A DNA stretch of 33,608 nt, taken from the IMG/VR virus record IMGVR_UViG_3300042807_000483, positions 1 through 33,608 of that record; one strand, given 5' to 3'. The notes below the pieces were generated by a model. The model was given only the letters and a program-made list of their open reading frames with translations. It was not told the DNA's origin and did no database searches. The DNA comes from a virus (Duplodnaviria; Caudoviricetes). Positions 1-7,570 of the stretch are shown here, piece by piece. The stretch's first letter is position 1; the number at the start of each line of letters is the position of its first letter. Both the position numbers and the translations under genes were made by a program.

Positions 1-52
1 GAACTTGACATACATTGCGTAGGCTAGGGCGTGGCATTGGCCACTAAGAAAC

Positions 53-394
53 TTATTCATTGTCCTTAGACAACTCCTTAGCCCGAGCGATAGCCTCAAA
101 CAGATTGTGAAAGACCTCGCCCTCGTCTCCCGAGTCCTCGGTATCAAAAACTTCGAACCAAGGATTATCTACAACAAGGTAGTCCGCGCTCTCGTAGACT
201 GCCTGAAGGTCGTCCTCTGTCGTGATACCAGCCTCGACAAGGTCGCTGGTGTATCGGTAGACGTCCTCGCGGACATTGTCCCTAATCCGCATTTCACCAT
301 TACGGCAGACGCGGAAGCGAGAGCCCTCGGCCCAGACAACTTCGTACCCAGGGGCATTGACGTAGAACTCCGCGCTGTGGTTTTTGGTTTCCAT
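53..394 (-). CDS. Acidic hypothetical phage protein (113 aa; start revised to METKN...)
   Basis: ATG at 394 is preceded by AGAAAGGA (401-408) and a consensus promoter (421-449); no recognisable domain. Confidence 0.75.
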   Translation of the reverse strand: METKNHSAEFYVNAPGYEVVWAEGSRFRVCRNGEMRIRDNVREDVYRYTSDLVEAGITTEDDLQAVYESADYLVVDNPWFEVFDTEDSGDEGEVFHNLFEAIARAKELSKDNE

Positions 395-420
395 AGCAAA
401 TCCTTTCTTGTGGTACTCCA

Positions 421-449
421 AGCATAGTGAAAATCTGTGACATTGTCAA
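421..449 (-). promoter_or_regulatory. SigA/sigma70-type promoter
   Basis: Minus strand TTGACA (444-449) - 17 nt - TATGCT (421-426). Confidence 0.8.
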
Positions 450-543
450 TACGGCACGCCTGCAGCGCAAGACCTGCAGCCAGCACCCGCCAACTTCTTA
501 TATACAAAGTTGGCCACGCACGGGACAAGTCTTATGGTCGCCC

Positions 544-565
544 GTACACTTTCTTTACGTTCGTG
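544..565. repeat. Copy 1 of ~20-bp motif GTACAnnTTCTTTACGTTCG (also 5352-5373, 7595-7614)
   Basis: Copies 1 and 2 match at 21/22 nt; copy 3 matches at 18/20. Confidence 0.7.
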
Positions 566-583
566 CTTCGTCCCCGCAAAAAC

Positions 584-607
584 AAAAAACCCCCGATTGC
601 TCGGGGG
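584..607 (-). terminator. Intrinsic terminator after 626..1102
   Basis: CCCCCGA-GCAA-TCGGGGG stem-loop followed by a T-run on the minus strand. Confidence 0.8.
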
Positions 608-625
608 CTTCTTGCTTCGGGTTGG

Positions 626-1102
626 TTAGGCGGAAACGGTATCGAAGGGGACAGTCGCGACCAGTCCAGTCGCTTCCCTGAACAAGCGCACTCCGTCTCC
701 CCACTCAGAGGGCGAGCCGTCTGAGGAAATCCGTACAGCGCTCCCGTAGGCTTCCCGTGCTGCGAGTAGCAGAGCGGTCACCACGACATCGTAGGGCTTC
801 TGAGCGGTCTTACAGAAATCGAAGTATCCGACTTCCCTCGCCCACTCCTGCGTTTCGGGGCAAACCTTCTCCCAGACAAAACTCTCGTAAGAGTCCTCGC
901 CGTATCCATTGAGTCGCACAGACTCGCCGTCCACGCGCCAAGCACCTAGGTGCTCGCCACTAGGGTCAGCAAGTTTGATACCTTGCTTTTCTGCGGTCTG
1001 GATTACCTTGACTGCCAAGCGAGTGAACTGCGCGTAAAACTCGCGATAGTCCTCTGGCGATAGCAGACTTTCGTCTCGGTTCCAGTAGTGTGTGTATCCC
1101 AT
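626..1102 (-). CDS. Conserved phage hypothetical protein (MGYTHYW...FCKTxxKPYD type)
   Basis: N-terminal MGYTHYW and FCKTAQKPYD motifs resemble a widespread uncharacterised phage/mobile-element family; GGAAGGA RBS. Confidence 0.75.
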   Translation of the reverse strand: MGYTHYWNRDESLLSPEDYREFYAQFTRLAVKVIQTAEKQGIKLADPSGEHLGAWRVDGESVRLNGYGEDSYESFVWEKVCPETQEWAREVGYFDFCKTAQKPYDVVVTALLLAAREAYGSAVRISSDGSPSEWGDGVRLFREATGLVATVPFDTVSA

Positions 1103-1130
1103 TTTTTTCGTCCTTCCGTTGCGGTTGTGG

Positions 1131-1301
1131 TTAGTTTAGAACTTTGTGGCGAGTAGAGAACAGAACAAGTCCCTCGCCCTCTAGGTAGTCAAGGCAACCT
1201 GGGCAGACATCACCTTTGGTCATGTCCGTGAAGGTCACGCCGTACTCTGACGAGTCGAAGCAACCCTCTGCATCGCACTCGAACGGGTCTAGTTGTGACA
1301 T
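1131..1301 (-). CDS. Small Cys-rich (putative zinc-binding) protein, 56 aa (start revised)
   Basis: ATG at 1301 follows the AACCACACGAAAGGACGA leader; CxxxxC...CxxC pattern. Confidence 0.65.
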   Translation of the reverse strand: MSQLDPFECDAEGCFDSSEYGVTFTDMTKGDVCPGCLDYLEGEGLVLFSTRHKVLN

Positions 1302-1350
1302 TTTTCGTCCTTTCGTGTGGTTACGGTTACACAATAGCACCGATTGGCTA

Positions 1351-1632
1351 CTAAGGCAAATCGACTCGCCTGAGCACTATGTCTTTCTGTGACACATAGT
1401 CAAGCACCGTTATGACAACGACCTCGCCGTCTTGGTCGTAACGCTCCGCTACCGAGATTGCGCTAACCTTTCGGTTATTGACTGGCGGATTACTCCACCG
1501 CAATTCCTCAACAGCGTCGCTGTAGTCCTCGTCCGTTACCGTCATTACCGTCAGGCCGTCTGAGACGTCTACCCAGTTACCGTGACTGTCGAAGGCAAGC
1601 ACCTTGCGCATAGGCGGTTTCACTCGTCTCAC
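1351..1632 (-). CDS. Hypothetical protein
   Basis: 93-aa ORF starting 2 nt after the vWA gene stop, same strand. Confidence 0.6.
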   Translation of the reverse strand: MRRVKPPMRKVLAFDSHGNWVDVSDGLTVMTVTDEDYSDAVEELRWSNPPVNNRKVSAISVAERYDQDGEVVVITVLDYVSQKDIVLRRVDLP

Positions 1633-1634
1633 CG

Positions 1635-3458
1635 TTACACCCGACTTCCAGCGGTTGTGAGTGCTCGCTGAGCAAGCCGTCCAATCTGGTCAGCGGCGTC
1701 CGTTACACTCTCGCCGATTGGCACATACGAGGACGAGGGAGTCGAGCAGTAGCGCTCGCCGTTCCTGCCGTAGTGTCCAGCCCCGAGCCAGAGCACAGCC
1801 ACGCCTGCTCGGTCACATTGCTTGACGAAGTCCTCAGCAATCCGTTGCTGGTCAGCGGTGTAGTGTCCGTCAGAGACCACCACAAGCAACCTCGCCCCCG
1901 AGCCGTTGAGCAAGTCGAGCGCTCCGTCTAGTGCTTGGAACGCCTTGCCAAACTCCTCCGTCGAATCGCTCGCCGAGTAGACCCGAACCTTGTCTAGGTG
2001 CTGGCCTGCCTTGAGCGTGGGGAAAACGTCATCACCGTAGTAGACCATCGCGGTCCGTCCATGTACTCGCCGAGTTGCCTCAGAGAGAATCCATGCGGCG
2101 CTTGCCAACGGTTCCATCGCGGAGCGCATTGAGCCCGAGATGTCTACCATCACGCCGATGGTGAGGTTCGGGTCATCAACGTGCTTCCGTTGCACGCGGT
2201 TCCAAGGAGTGGCGGTGTCCATCACGCCTCGAGCACGCATGGCACGCCCTTGCACGACAGCGCGAGTGCGAAGCCGTCCTGGGGGAGTGGCGCTTGCCGA
2301 CTCGGTGCGAATACGGTCACGATACTTAGCACGCTCCAGAGCTTGGGCAATCCGCACAGCGCTCGCCCTCTCGAGAGGTGTGGGCAACCGTTCCGAAGTG
2401 AGCCGAGAGGAAGTCCTTTGGACTCCCGAGGGACCAGAGGAGTGCGAGAAAACTTTGCTGGCCACCTGCTGAGCCTGCTTCCGAGATTCGGCTTGGCTTG
2501 CCCTTTGCTCGACAGCCTCCTCGTTCTCCTCGGTGGTCTGCTGCTCCATGGCCTCGGCGGTTGCCTCGAACTCGGTTTCCTCGGCAGCTTCGGCAAGCGC
2601 TCCCATAATCTGGCGAGCAATCTGTCGAGCTTCCTCAGAGCCCTTGCCACCTTCGCCACCTTCGCTAGGCTGACCAGTCTCGGACTGAGCGTCCTCACCA
2701 GCCTCCTCGGAGTACTTGGTGACAATCTCAGCCCACTGGCGAGCGATGTCATACATTCTCGGAAGTGCGAACTTGGGGTCAAGAATCTGGAAATGAGTCC
2801 ACAAAGGACGAAGCTCCTCAAACAGGCCCTTCGGCGCAATCACGTCAAAGATGTCAGTCAGAGGTTTGATATCCTCGTTGGTCAAGACGCCAGCCTGAAC
2901 TCGAGCGCAAGACAGAGCCATCAGCTTGGCAACGCCACGCACAGAGGAGATGGACTCGGCGTCAACCTCTGAGAGGTCTCCGAGCACAATCCCGAGAGCG
3001 CAAGCGCGTAGGAAGGCTTTGTTGTTGGGCATAAGCCGAACGCCGAACGCCTCGATACGTCCCTCCTCGAGAAGATAGAAACCTTCCCACTCGAGGGGAT
3101 TGAGGTCAAGCTGGGCCTGCCTAATGTCGAAAGTTGAGAAGCGAGCGTGCAGTGCTTCGTGGAAAATCGCGCCAGTTCCCTTGGGGAACTCGAACTGCTG
3201 AGAGCGCTCAGTAAGGTCACCAATCTGCTCGGGAGTAGCTCCAGCAAAAGCAATCTCGGTGTTGACCTCAACCTCGCTGGTCGCAGGAGTGTAGAGGGCA
3301 GGAGCGCCTTGGGTAATCGCAGCCTTGCTACCAACATATGCAACAAGGTCGTGGCGGTCGGCCCAAGTGTTGACCAGTCGGCCAATACGAGCACCAACGT
3401 GAAGCCACTCGGTGGGCGTGGTACGCGAGAGAGTCGCGCTGTCTCCAAAGTGTGTCAT
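1635..3458 (-). CDS. vWA-domain protein with N-terminal HExxH zincin-like domain (CobT-like partner of MoxR/CbbQ ATPase)
   Basis: IFHEALH plus downstream LLEEGRIE; acidic/Gly-rich linker; MIDAS motif DISGS...T...SDG in the C-terminal domain; adjacent to AAA+ ATPase. Confidence 0.85.
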   Translation of the reverse strand: MTHFGDSATLSRTTPTEWLHVGARIGRLVNTWADRHDLVAYVGSKAAITQGAPALYTPATSEVEVNTEIAFAGATPEQIGDLTERSQQFEFPKGTGAIFHEALHARFSTFDIRQAQLDLNPLEWEGFYLLEEGRIEAFGVRLMPNNKAFLRACALGIVLGDLSEVDAESISSVRGVAKLMALSCARVQAGVLTNEDIKPLTDIFDVIAPKGLFEELRPLWTHFQILDPKFALPRMYDIARQWAEIVTKYSEEAGEDAQSETGQPSEGGEGGKGSEEARQIARQIMGALAEAAEETEFEATAEAMEQQTTEENEEAVEQRASQAESRKQAQQVASKVFSHSSGPSGVQRTSSRLTSERLPTPLERASAVRIAQALERAKYRDRIRTESASATPPGRLRTRAVVQGRAMRARGVMDTATPWNRVQRKHVDDPNLTIGVMVDISGSMRSAMEPLASAAWILSEATRRVHGRTAMVYYGDDVFPTLKAGQHLDKVRVYSASDSTEEFGKAFQALDGALDLLNGSGARLLVVVSDGHYTADQQRIAEDFVKQCDRAGVAVLWLGAGHYGRNGERYCSTPSSSYVPIGESVTDAADQIGRLAQRALTTAGSRV

Positions 3459-3487
3459 TGTCGTCCTTTCGTTGTGGTCGTCCTCTG

Positions 3488-3516
3488 ATGATACTAAAAA
3501 ATATTGATATTGTCAA
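3488..3516 (-). promoter_or_regulatory. SigA/sigma70-type promoter for the vWA gene
   Basis: TTGACA (3511-3516) - 17 nt - TATCAT (3488-3493) on the minus strand. Confidence 0.85.
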
Positions 3517-3524
3517 GCTAGATA

Positions 3525-3558
3525 CTGAGGAGGGAGGGGACGACTCCTCCCCCCTCAG
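3525..3558 (-). terminator. GC-rich hairpin after the AAA+ ATPase gene (probable terminator)
   Basis: CTGAGGAGGGAGG...CCTCCCCCCTCAG imperfect inverted repeat; weak U tail. Confidence 0.5.
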
Positions 3559-3563
3559 AGTTT

Positions 3564-4595
3564 CTAGATTCGCGCTGGAAGCGCGGTCTCTCCGTAGGTC
3601 CGACTGAACACATCGGCAACTACAGGTCGGTCCATCTCGGGAGCTGCTGCGAGCAGATTGGCTACTGCCCACTTGGTCCCGAATACCTTCTCGAGGTCGC
3701 GGAAGGCGAGGAGCTCGCGGAACTGCGGAGACCACGAGACTTCCCCAGACTCCTGCTTGCGAGCAAGGTTCTGCGCCGCAGTCACAGCTGGAGTCGGAAC
3801 GCCGAGCTTGCGAGCAAGTCCCCAGTCGGTGGTCATCTCAACCTGAACAACGAACCTCGAGAGCAGAGCCTCAGAGAGGCGGACTCCGGGGGCGTTGGGG
3901 TTGGTCGCCGCGATGACGTAGAAACCATCCTGAGCCTTGACAGTGCCACGCTCTGGATTGGCAGTCACAGTGTACTCGCGACGTCCATCCATCAGGCCAT
4001 AGACAATCGACAGGACCTTGGGGTCAATGAGCCCAATCTCGTCAATCAGCAAAGGCTTGCCAGCTTCCGCAGCTTTGACCAGAGGCCCATCAGTCCAGAT
4101 GAACTCTCCACCAGGGAGCTGAGAGTAGCCACCAACAAGGTCAGAAACCTCGGTGTCGCCAGAGCCGAGCACAGTGTAGAGCTCGTCTCCAAAGGCTGCC
4201 TCAACAAGCGCAGTCTTTCCACAGCCTGGTGCGCCATAGAGCAGAATGAAGTGCTGGTTGTCTCGCGCCTTGCGCAAGACCAGAACGTCATCGTGCTCGC
4301 CCCATGCTCGAGTGAAGTAGTGCTCGCCATTTGGACGGAGCCACTTCTTCGTCTCGTGCGAGAGGTCAGCAGAAGCGTTGCCCTCAGTCGGAACGGAGCC
4401 CGAACGTCCACGTGCTCGAGACGCTGGGTTAGCCAGTCCCTCAAGAACGTTGTCAAAGTCCTCGAGAGAGTGCTGTCCAAAGACAGAGGCTAGGTAGGTG
4501 GGAAGCTCGGGGTGGAGCTTCTCCATGGAGTAGATGGCGCTGGGGCTCATAATTTCCCCTAATCTGCCAAGTACTGAGGTGTTTAGGTCATTCAT
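3564..4595 (-). CDS. MoxR/CbbQ/NorQ (CobS-like, AAA_5) AAA+ ATPase
   Basis: Walker A GAPGCGKT, DLVGGY, Walker B LLIDE, sensor ATNP, ALLSRF Arg finger. Confidence 0.9.
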   Translation of the reverse strand: MNDLNTSVLGRLGEIMSPSAIYSMEKLHPELPTYLASVFGQHSLEDFDNVLEGLANPASRARGRSGSVPTEGNASADLSHETKKWLRPNGEHYFTRAWGEHDDVLVLRKARDNQHFILLYGAPGCGKTALVEAAFGDELYTVLGSGDTEVSDLVGGYSQLPGGEFIWTDGPLVKAAEAGKPLLIDEIGLIDPKVLSIVYGLMDGRREYTVTANPERGTVKAQDGFYVIAATNPNAPGVRLSEALLSRFVVQVEMTTDWGLARKLGVPTPAVTAAQNLARKQESGEVSWSPQFRELLAFRDLEKVFGTKWAVANLLAAAPEMDRPVVADVFSRTYGETALPARI

Positions 4596-4622
4596 GGTGT
4601 CGTCCTTCTTTCTTTCGTGTGG

Positions 4623-5081
4623 TTATACGCTTGGAGTTGATTCAGTTGTGAACAAGGATTCGTCATATCCTGCCCCAACGCGAGCTCTGTTGAGTCGGCG
4701 CATAAAAGCTTGGGGAGTGTTGTGTGTCGAAACCTCGCGAATATCTTCGTAGGTTAGCTCAATCGCAACAGGAACCTTGTAGAGGTCCCAGCTGGCGTCT
4801 GCAAATCCTCGGAAGTAGTGCTCGATGTCCTGGATAAACGGAACTGTCTGAGAAATGCCTAGTTGCACTTCCTCAGTCTTGTAAATGTTCGTGGGAACAT
4901 TGGAGCTGTAGAACCTCCAAGACTTCCTTGGATGGGTCGCACTAATCTGCCTAGTCAAAACCTGCATGGGTACTGACGGAGAAGTAGAGCTCTCTGCAAA
5001 TCCAGGTATAACAATAATCTGCGCAGTGCGATATCCCTTGCGAAGCTCGAGATAGAGCGCCTTACCTACTGCTTTGGTCAT
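4623..5081 (-). CDS. Hypothetical protein
   Basis: 152-aa ORF with AACCACACGAAAGGACGA leader. Confidence 0.7.
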   Translation of the reverse strand: MTKAVGKALYLELRKGYRTAQIIVIPGFAESSTSPSVPMQVLTRQISATHPRKSWRFYSSNVPTNIYKTEEVQLGISQTVPFIQDIEHYFRGFADASWDLYKVPVAIELTYEDIREVSTHNTPQAFMRRLNRARVGAGYDESLFTTESTPSV

Positions 5082-5101
5082 TTGGTCGTCCTTTCGTGTG
5101 G

Positions 5102-5341
5102 TTAGGTTCCTAGGATATCATCTCCTAGAGTCTGTGTCAAGCAGCCAGAGCATAAAACTTGTGAACTCTGCTCGTCAACAACTATAAATAACTTTTCGTC
5201 TTTTGCTAACAATAGCATCTGTCTGCACTTATCGCAAGTTGGCTGGATGATTATCTGTTGCCAGTCGTCAATGAGCCCAGCCCTGTAAGCAAGGTTTAGC
5301 TCTTCAGCAGAGCTAAGAGTGTGAATTTCTAAATGTCGCAT
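5102..5341 (-). CDS. Small zinc-ribbon protein (79 aa, leaderless start)
   Basis: CDKC...CSGC; TACACT -10 element 7 nt before the ATG at 5341. Confidence 0.6.
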   Translation of the reverse strand: MRHLEIHTLSSAEELNLAYRAGLIDDWQQIIIQPTCDKCRQMLLLAKDEKLFIVVDEQSSQVLCSGCLTQTLGDDILGT

Positions 5342-5444
5342 GTGGACAAGTGTACACATTCTTTACGTTCGTGTAGCTGCAGAGATTGCAGGGGTTGCAG
5401 GGTCATTCGGAAAACTTTTACGGGGATGCACAACTTTGTACATA

Positions 5445-5513
5445 AAAGGAGAACTCCCGCTGGCGAAGGAAGGAAGGGGGGTGGGCCAGCGGGAGTCGCA
5501 CATCAATGTGCTC
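5445..5513 (-). ncRNA. Candidate small RNA with a C/U-rich loop
   Basis: Extended -10 TGcTAATCT (~5520-5528); GCACA/TGTGC hairpin; perfect 12-bp stem ACTCCCGCTGGC/GCCAGCGGGAGT (5453-5496) with a 20-nt nearly all-pyrimidine loop; TCTCCTTTT tail. Confidence 0.45.
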
Positions 5514-5529
5514 GATATAGATTAGCACA

Positions 5530-5829
5530 CTAGAAAGGTGGTGGTTCAGAACTCCAACTTCGAATAATTTCTAAGTAATCAAAAAGAACATCATGGACGG
5601 TCTCTGAAACATCGTAATATTCTTGCACGTGTTTGGCATCGGGTCTCCAAGAAATCGGGGTGACTTCTCTTCGGTCAACATTAACCAGCGCACCATATCC
5701 GTTATCGAAGCGCAGAATCGAATCCCCGTTTGAATCTATGGACTTTAGGTAATATCGAAAGTTGTCAAGCGGGTGCTCATCACTCAACCGTGGTTCACGT
5801 AACAACTCCGCTTTGGTGAGGGGTTTCAC
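5530..5829 (-). CDS. Hypothetical protein
   Basis: 99 aa; 4-nt overlap with the upstream ORF; GAGGAG RBS. Confidence 0.65.
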   Translation of the reverse strand: MKPLTKAELLREPRLSDEHPLDNFRYYLKSIDSNGDSILRFDNGYGALVNVDRREVTPISWRPDAKHVQEYYDVSETVHDVLFDYLEIIRSWSSEPPPF

Positions 5830-6140
5830 TCGTCGTACTCCTCCTCGTAGAGGAGCTCCGTTACAACAAGCATCCTCCTCTCGCGTACAACGTCAACGTA
5901 GTCCGTCACTTCTTCCTCCGTTAGCAGGAGCTCCGGTTCCCCAACCTTGCTGTAGTTGTGCGGGTTCGCTCCAGGGAACGTGGGAATCACAACGCGGGTG
6001 CACTCAAAGCGGGTGGCATTGGCGCTCGCCGTTATGAGCACGCCGTCTGTCTTGGAAAGCACAAACAGCTGTTCGTAGCGCTTGCCGTTATCGAACTCGC
6101 GGGAGAAGAAGGGGGTCAGTTCAGGATGCTCGTAGGTCAT
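5826..6140 (-). CDS. Hypothetical protein
   Basis: 104 aa; ATGA overlap with the upstream gene. Confidence 0.65.
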   Translation of the reverse strand: MTYEHPELTPFFSREFDNGKRYEQLFVLSKTDGVLITASANATRFECTRVVIPTFPGANPHNYSKVGEPELLLTEEEVTDYVDVVRERRMLVVTELLYEEEYDE

Positions 6141-6964
6141 TGCTCAACTCTGAACTTCCGTGACGTGTACGGGCTCATGCTCAACTTCTCAAGCGCTCTG
6201 GGGTCTGGGTTACCGTCACACTCGTGAGACGGGTACCCGCAGAAACGTTGGAAGGACGCGAATGCAGAACGGGTCACGCCGTTAAATACAAATCGGTCAG
6301 CATTGCGAAGCCTACACGCAGGATGTTCAGCAAGCGCAAGCTGAACGAGCTCCGTTGAGAGACGGTAGGCACTTTGGGCGCTTGCCGTCTTCTTCGCAGA
6401 GGAGCACCGTTCAAGATGCGCTGGACGCACGGGTGGTGAATCCGTGGGTGGATAAACGGTCTCGCCGTTTACTCGGAAAAGTCTTTGAGGAATTCTAACA
6501 AATGCAAACACATCCGTTGAGTACCTCGTCCGTTCGTATACCCCGTTGAGTTCCCTCGGGGCTCGAGGCAATCCGCTATGGGTCTGGCCTTCAATTGCAC
6601 GGAAGGTACCGTTGACTTTCCAGCCTTTGGTGCTGGTAACAATCCCGATGCGTGGCGCAAGGTACCGTTGCACTTGTGCTTTGAGCGGTGCGGTGTAAAA
6701 GACTATGTCCCCTGGTTTAGGGGCTCGCCGTGTCCACCCGTTACGGGTGTAGAAGGAGAGGGCACTGGTTGTGTTCGCGTGTTTTGGGAGCAGGCCGTTC
6801 GCTAGAGTCTTGTCAACAATGACGTCAAGGAACGAGCCGTCCCACTGGTAGTCACCCGTTACCTTCGAGAACGCCATAAAGTCGTTGGCAGTAGGTCTTG
6901 CCGTATAGCCAACGTAGGCGCTTGCCGTTTCTACAAACGGGTGAACTTCATTCCTTTTGAACAC
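6137..6964 (-). CDS. CHAP-like domain plus C-terminal peptidoglycan-binding domain; catalytic residues substituted
   Basis: A..YVGY, WDGSF (canonical WCxxF), PKPGDIVFY, RIGIV (canonical HxGIV), IEGQT; C-terminal VQLAL...TRSAFASFQ...DGNPD resembles PG_binding_1. Confidence 0.7.
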   Translation of the reverse strand: MFKRNEVHPFVETASAYVGYTARPTANDFMAFSKVTGDYQWDGSFLDVIVDKTLANGLLPKHANTTSALSFYTRNGWTRRAPKPGDIVFYTAPLKAQVQRYLAPRIGIVTSTKGWKVNGTFRAIEGQTHSGLPRAPRELNGVYERTRYSTDVFAFVRIPQRLFRVNGETVYPPTDSPPVRPAHLERCSSAKKTASAQSAYRLSTELVQLALAEHPACRLRNADRFVFNGVTRSAFASFQRFCGYPSHECDGNPDPRALEKLSMSPYTSRKFRVEQ

Positions 6965-6995
6965 ATCGCTAGTGTATCACGTTGGGGGGTGTGTA

Positions 6996-7238
6996 CTAGT
7001 AGGAGTACTCCTCGGGTTGAGGCAGGTCCATATCGTACTCGCCGTTGCACCGTTCGCATGTCCAACGGAAGTTTCCTTGACCGTCATACCAAGATTCGGT
7101 TCCCTCTTGGTCAGCCCACTCCTCAAAGAGAGTGCAGTCGTCATTACGGCAGTAGTCTTCGTGCACGCCGTTACGTTCTAGTTGCGGGCCTGCAATTGCG
7201 TACTCGAGACCCGTTACGCCTTCTGGGTAGTTGCTCAT
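6996..7238 (-). CDS. Small acidic zinc-ribbon protein (80 aa; start revised to MSNYP...)
   Basis: ATG at 7238 after the AACCACAACCGAAGGACG leader; CRNDDC...CERC. Confidence 0.7.
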   Translation of the reverse strand: MSNYPEGVTGLEYAIAGPQLERNGVHEDYCRNDDCTLFEEWADQEGTESWYDGQGNFRWTCERCNGEYDMDLPQPEEYSY

Positions 7239-7378
7239 CGTCCGTCCTTCGGTTGTGGTTGGTGGGTGGCGCTTATATCTTCGGTCACGGTCGCGCCACT
7301 TCCGTGCCATAGTCCGGGGCGCTATGCCCCCTCCCCTGTTCGGTGTTGGACATACCACCTAGCAGAGGTACCCCCAGT

Positions 7379-7570
7379 TTACTCGCCGTCGGTCGGTTTG
7401 TCAAGTAGCACACGGTCTATCTTGTTAGATAGTCTTTGTGCCTCAAGTGCAAGCTGTGTCAAGCGGATGTGCTCAATGCGGGTTGATGCATTCTTGATGT
7501 CTTTAGATATGTTGTCCGCTAGTTCTTTTGCTTCGCGGGATATTTCCTCATGCATCGGTTTCGTCTTCAT
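7379..7570 (-). CDS. Small coiled-coil hypothetical protein
   Basis: ATG at 7570 (alternative 7555) overlapping the end of the upstream gene; helical composition. Confidence 0.55.
   Translation of the reverse strand: MKTKPMHEEISREAKELADNISKDIKNASTRIEHIRLTQLALEAQRLSNKIDRVLLDKPTDGE

Noticed and set aside
2140-3735. Long alternative-frame and antisense ORFs over the vWA/ATPase genes
   Set aside because: Shadow ORFs expected in GC-rich coding DNA; no RBS or motifs, and they fully overlap well-supported genes.
1635-4595. Cobalamin biosynthesis (cobaltochelatase CobST)
   Set aside because: No CobN or other cob genes; the similarity reflects the generic AAA+/vWA architecture.
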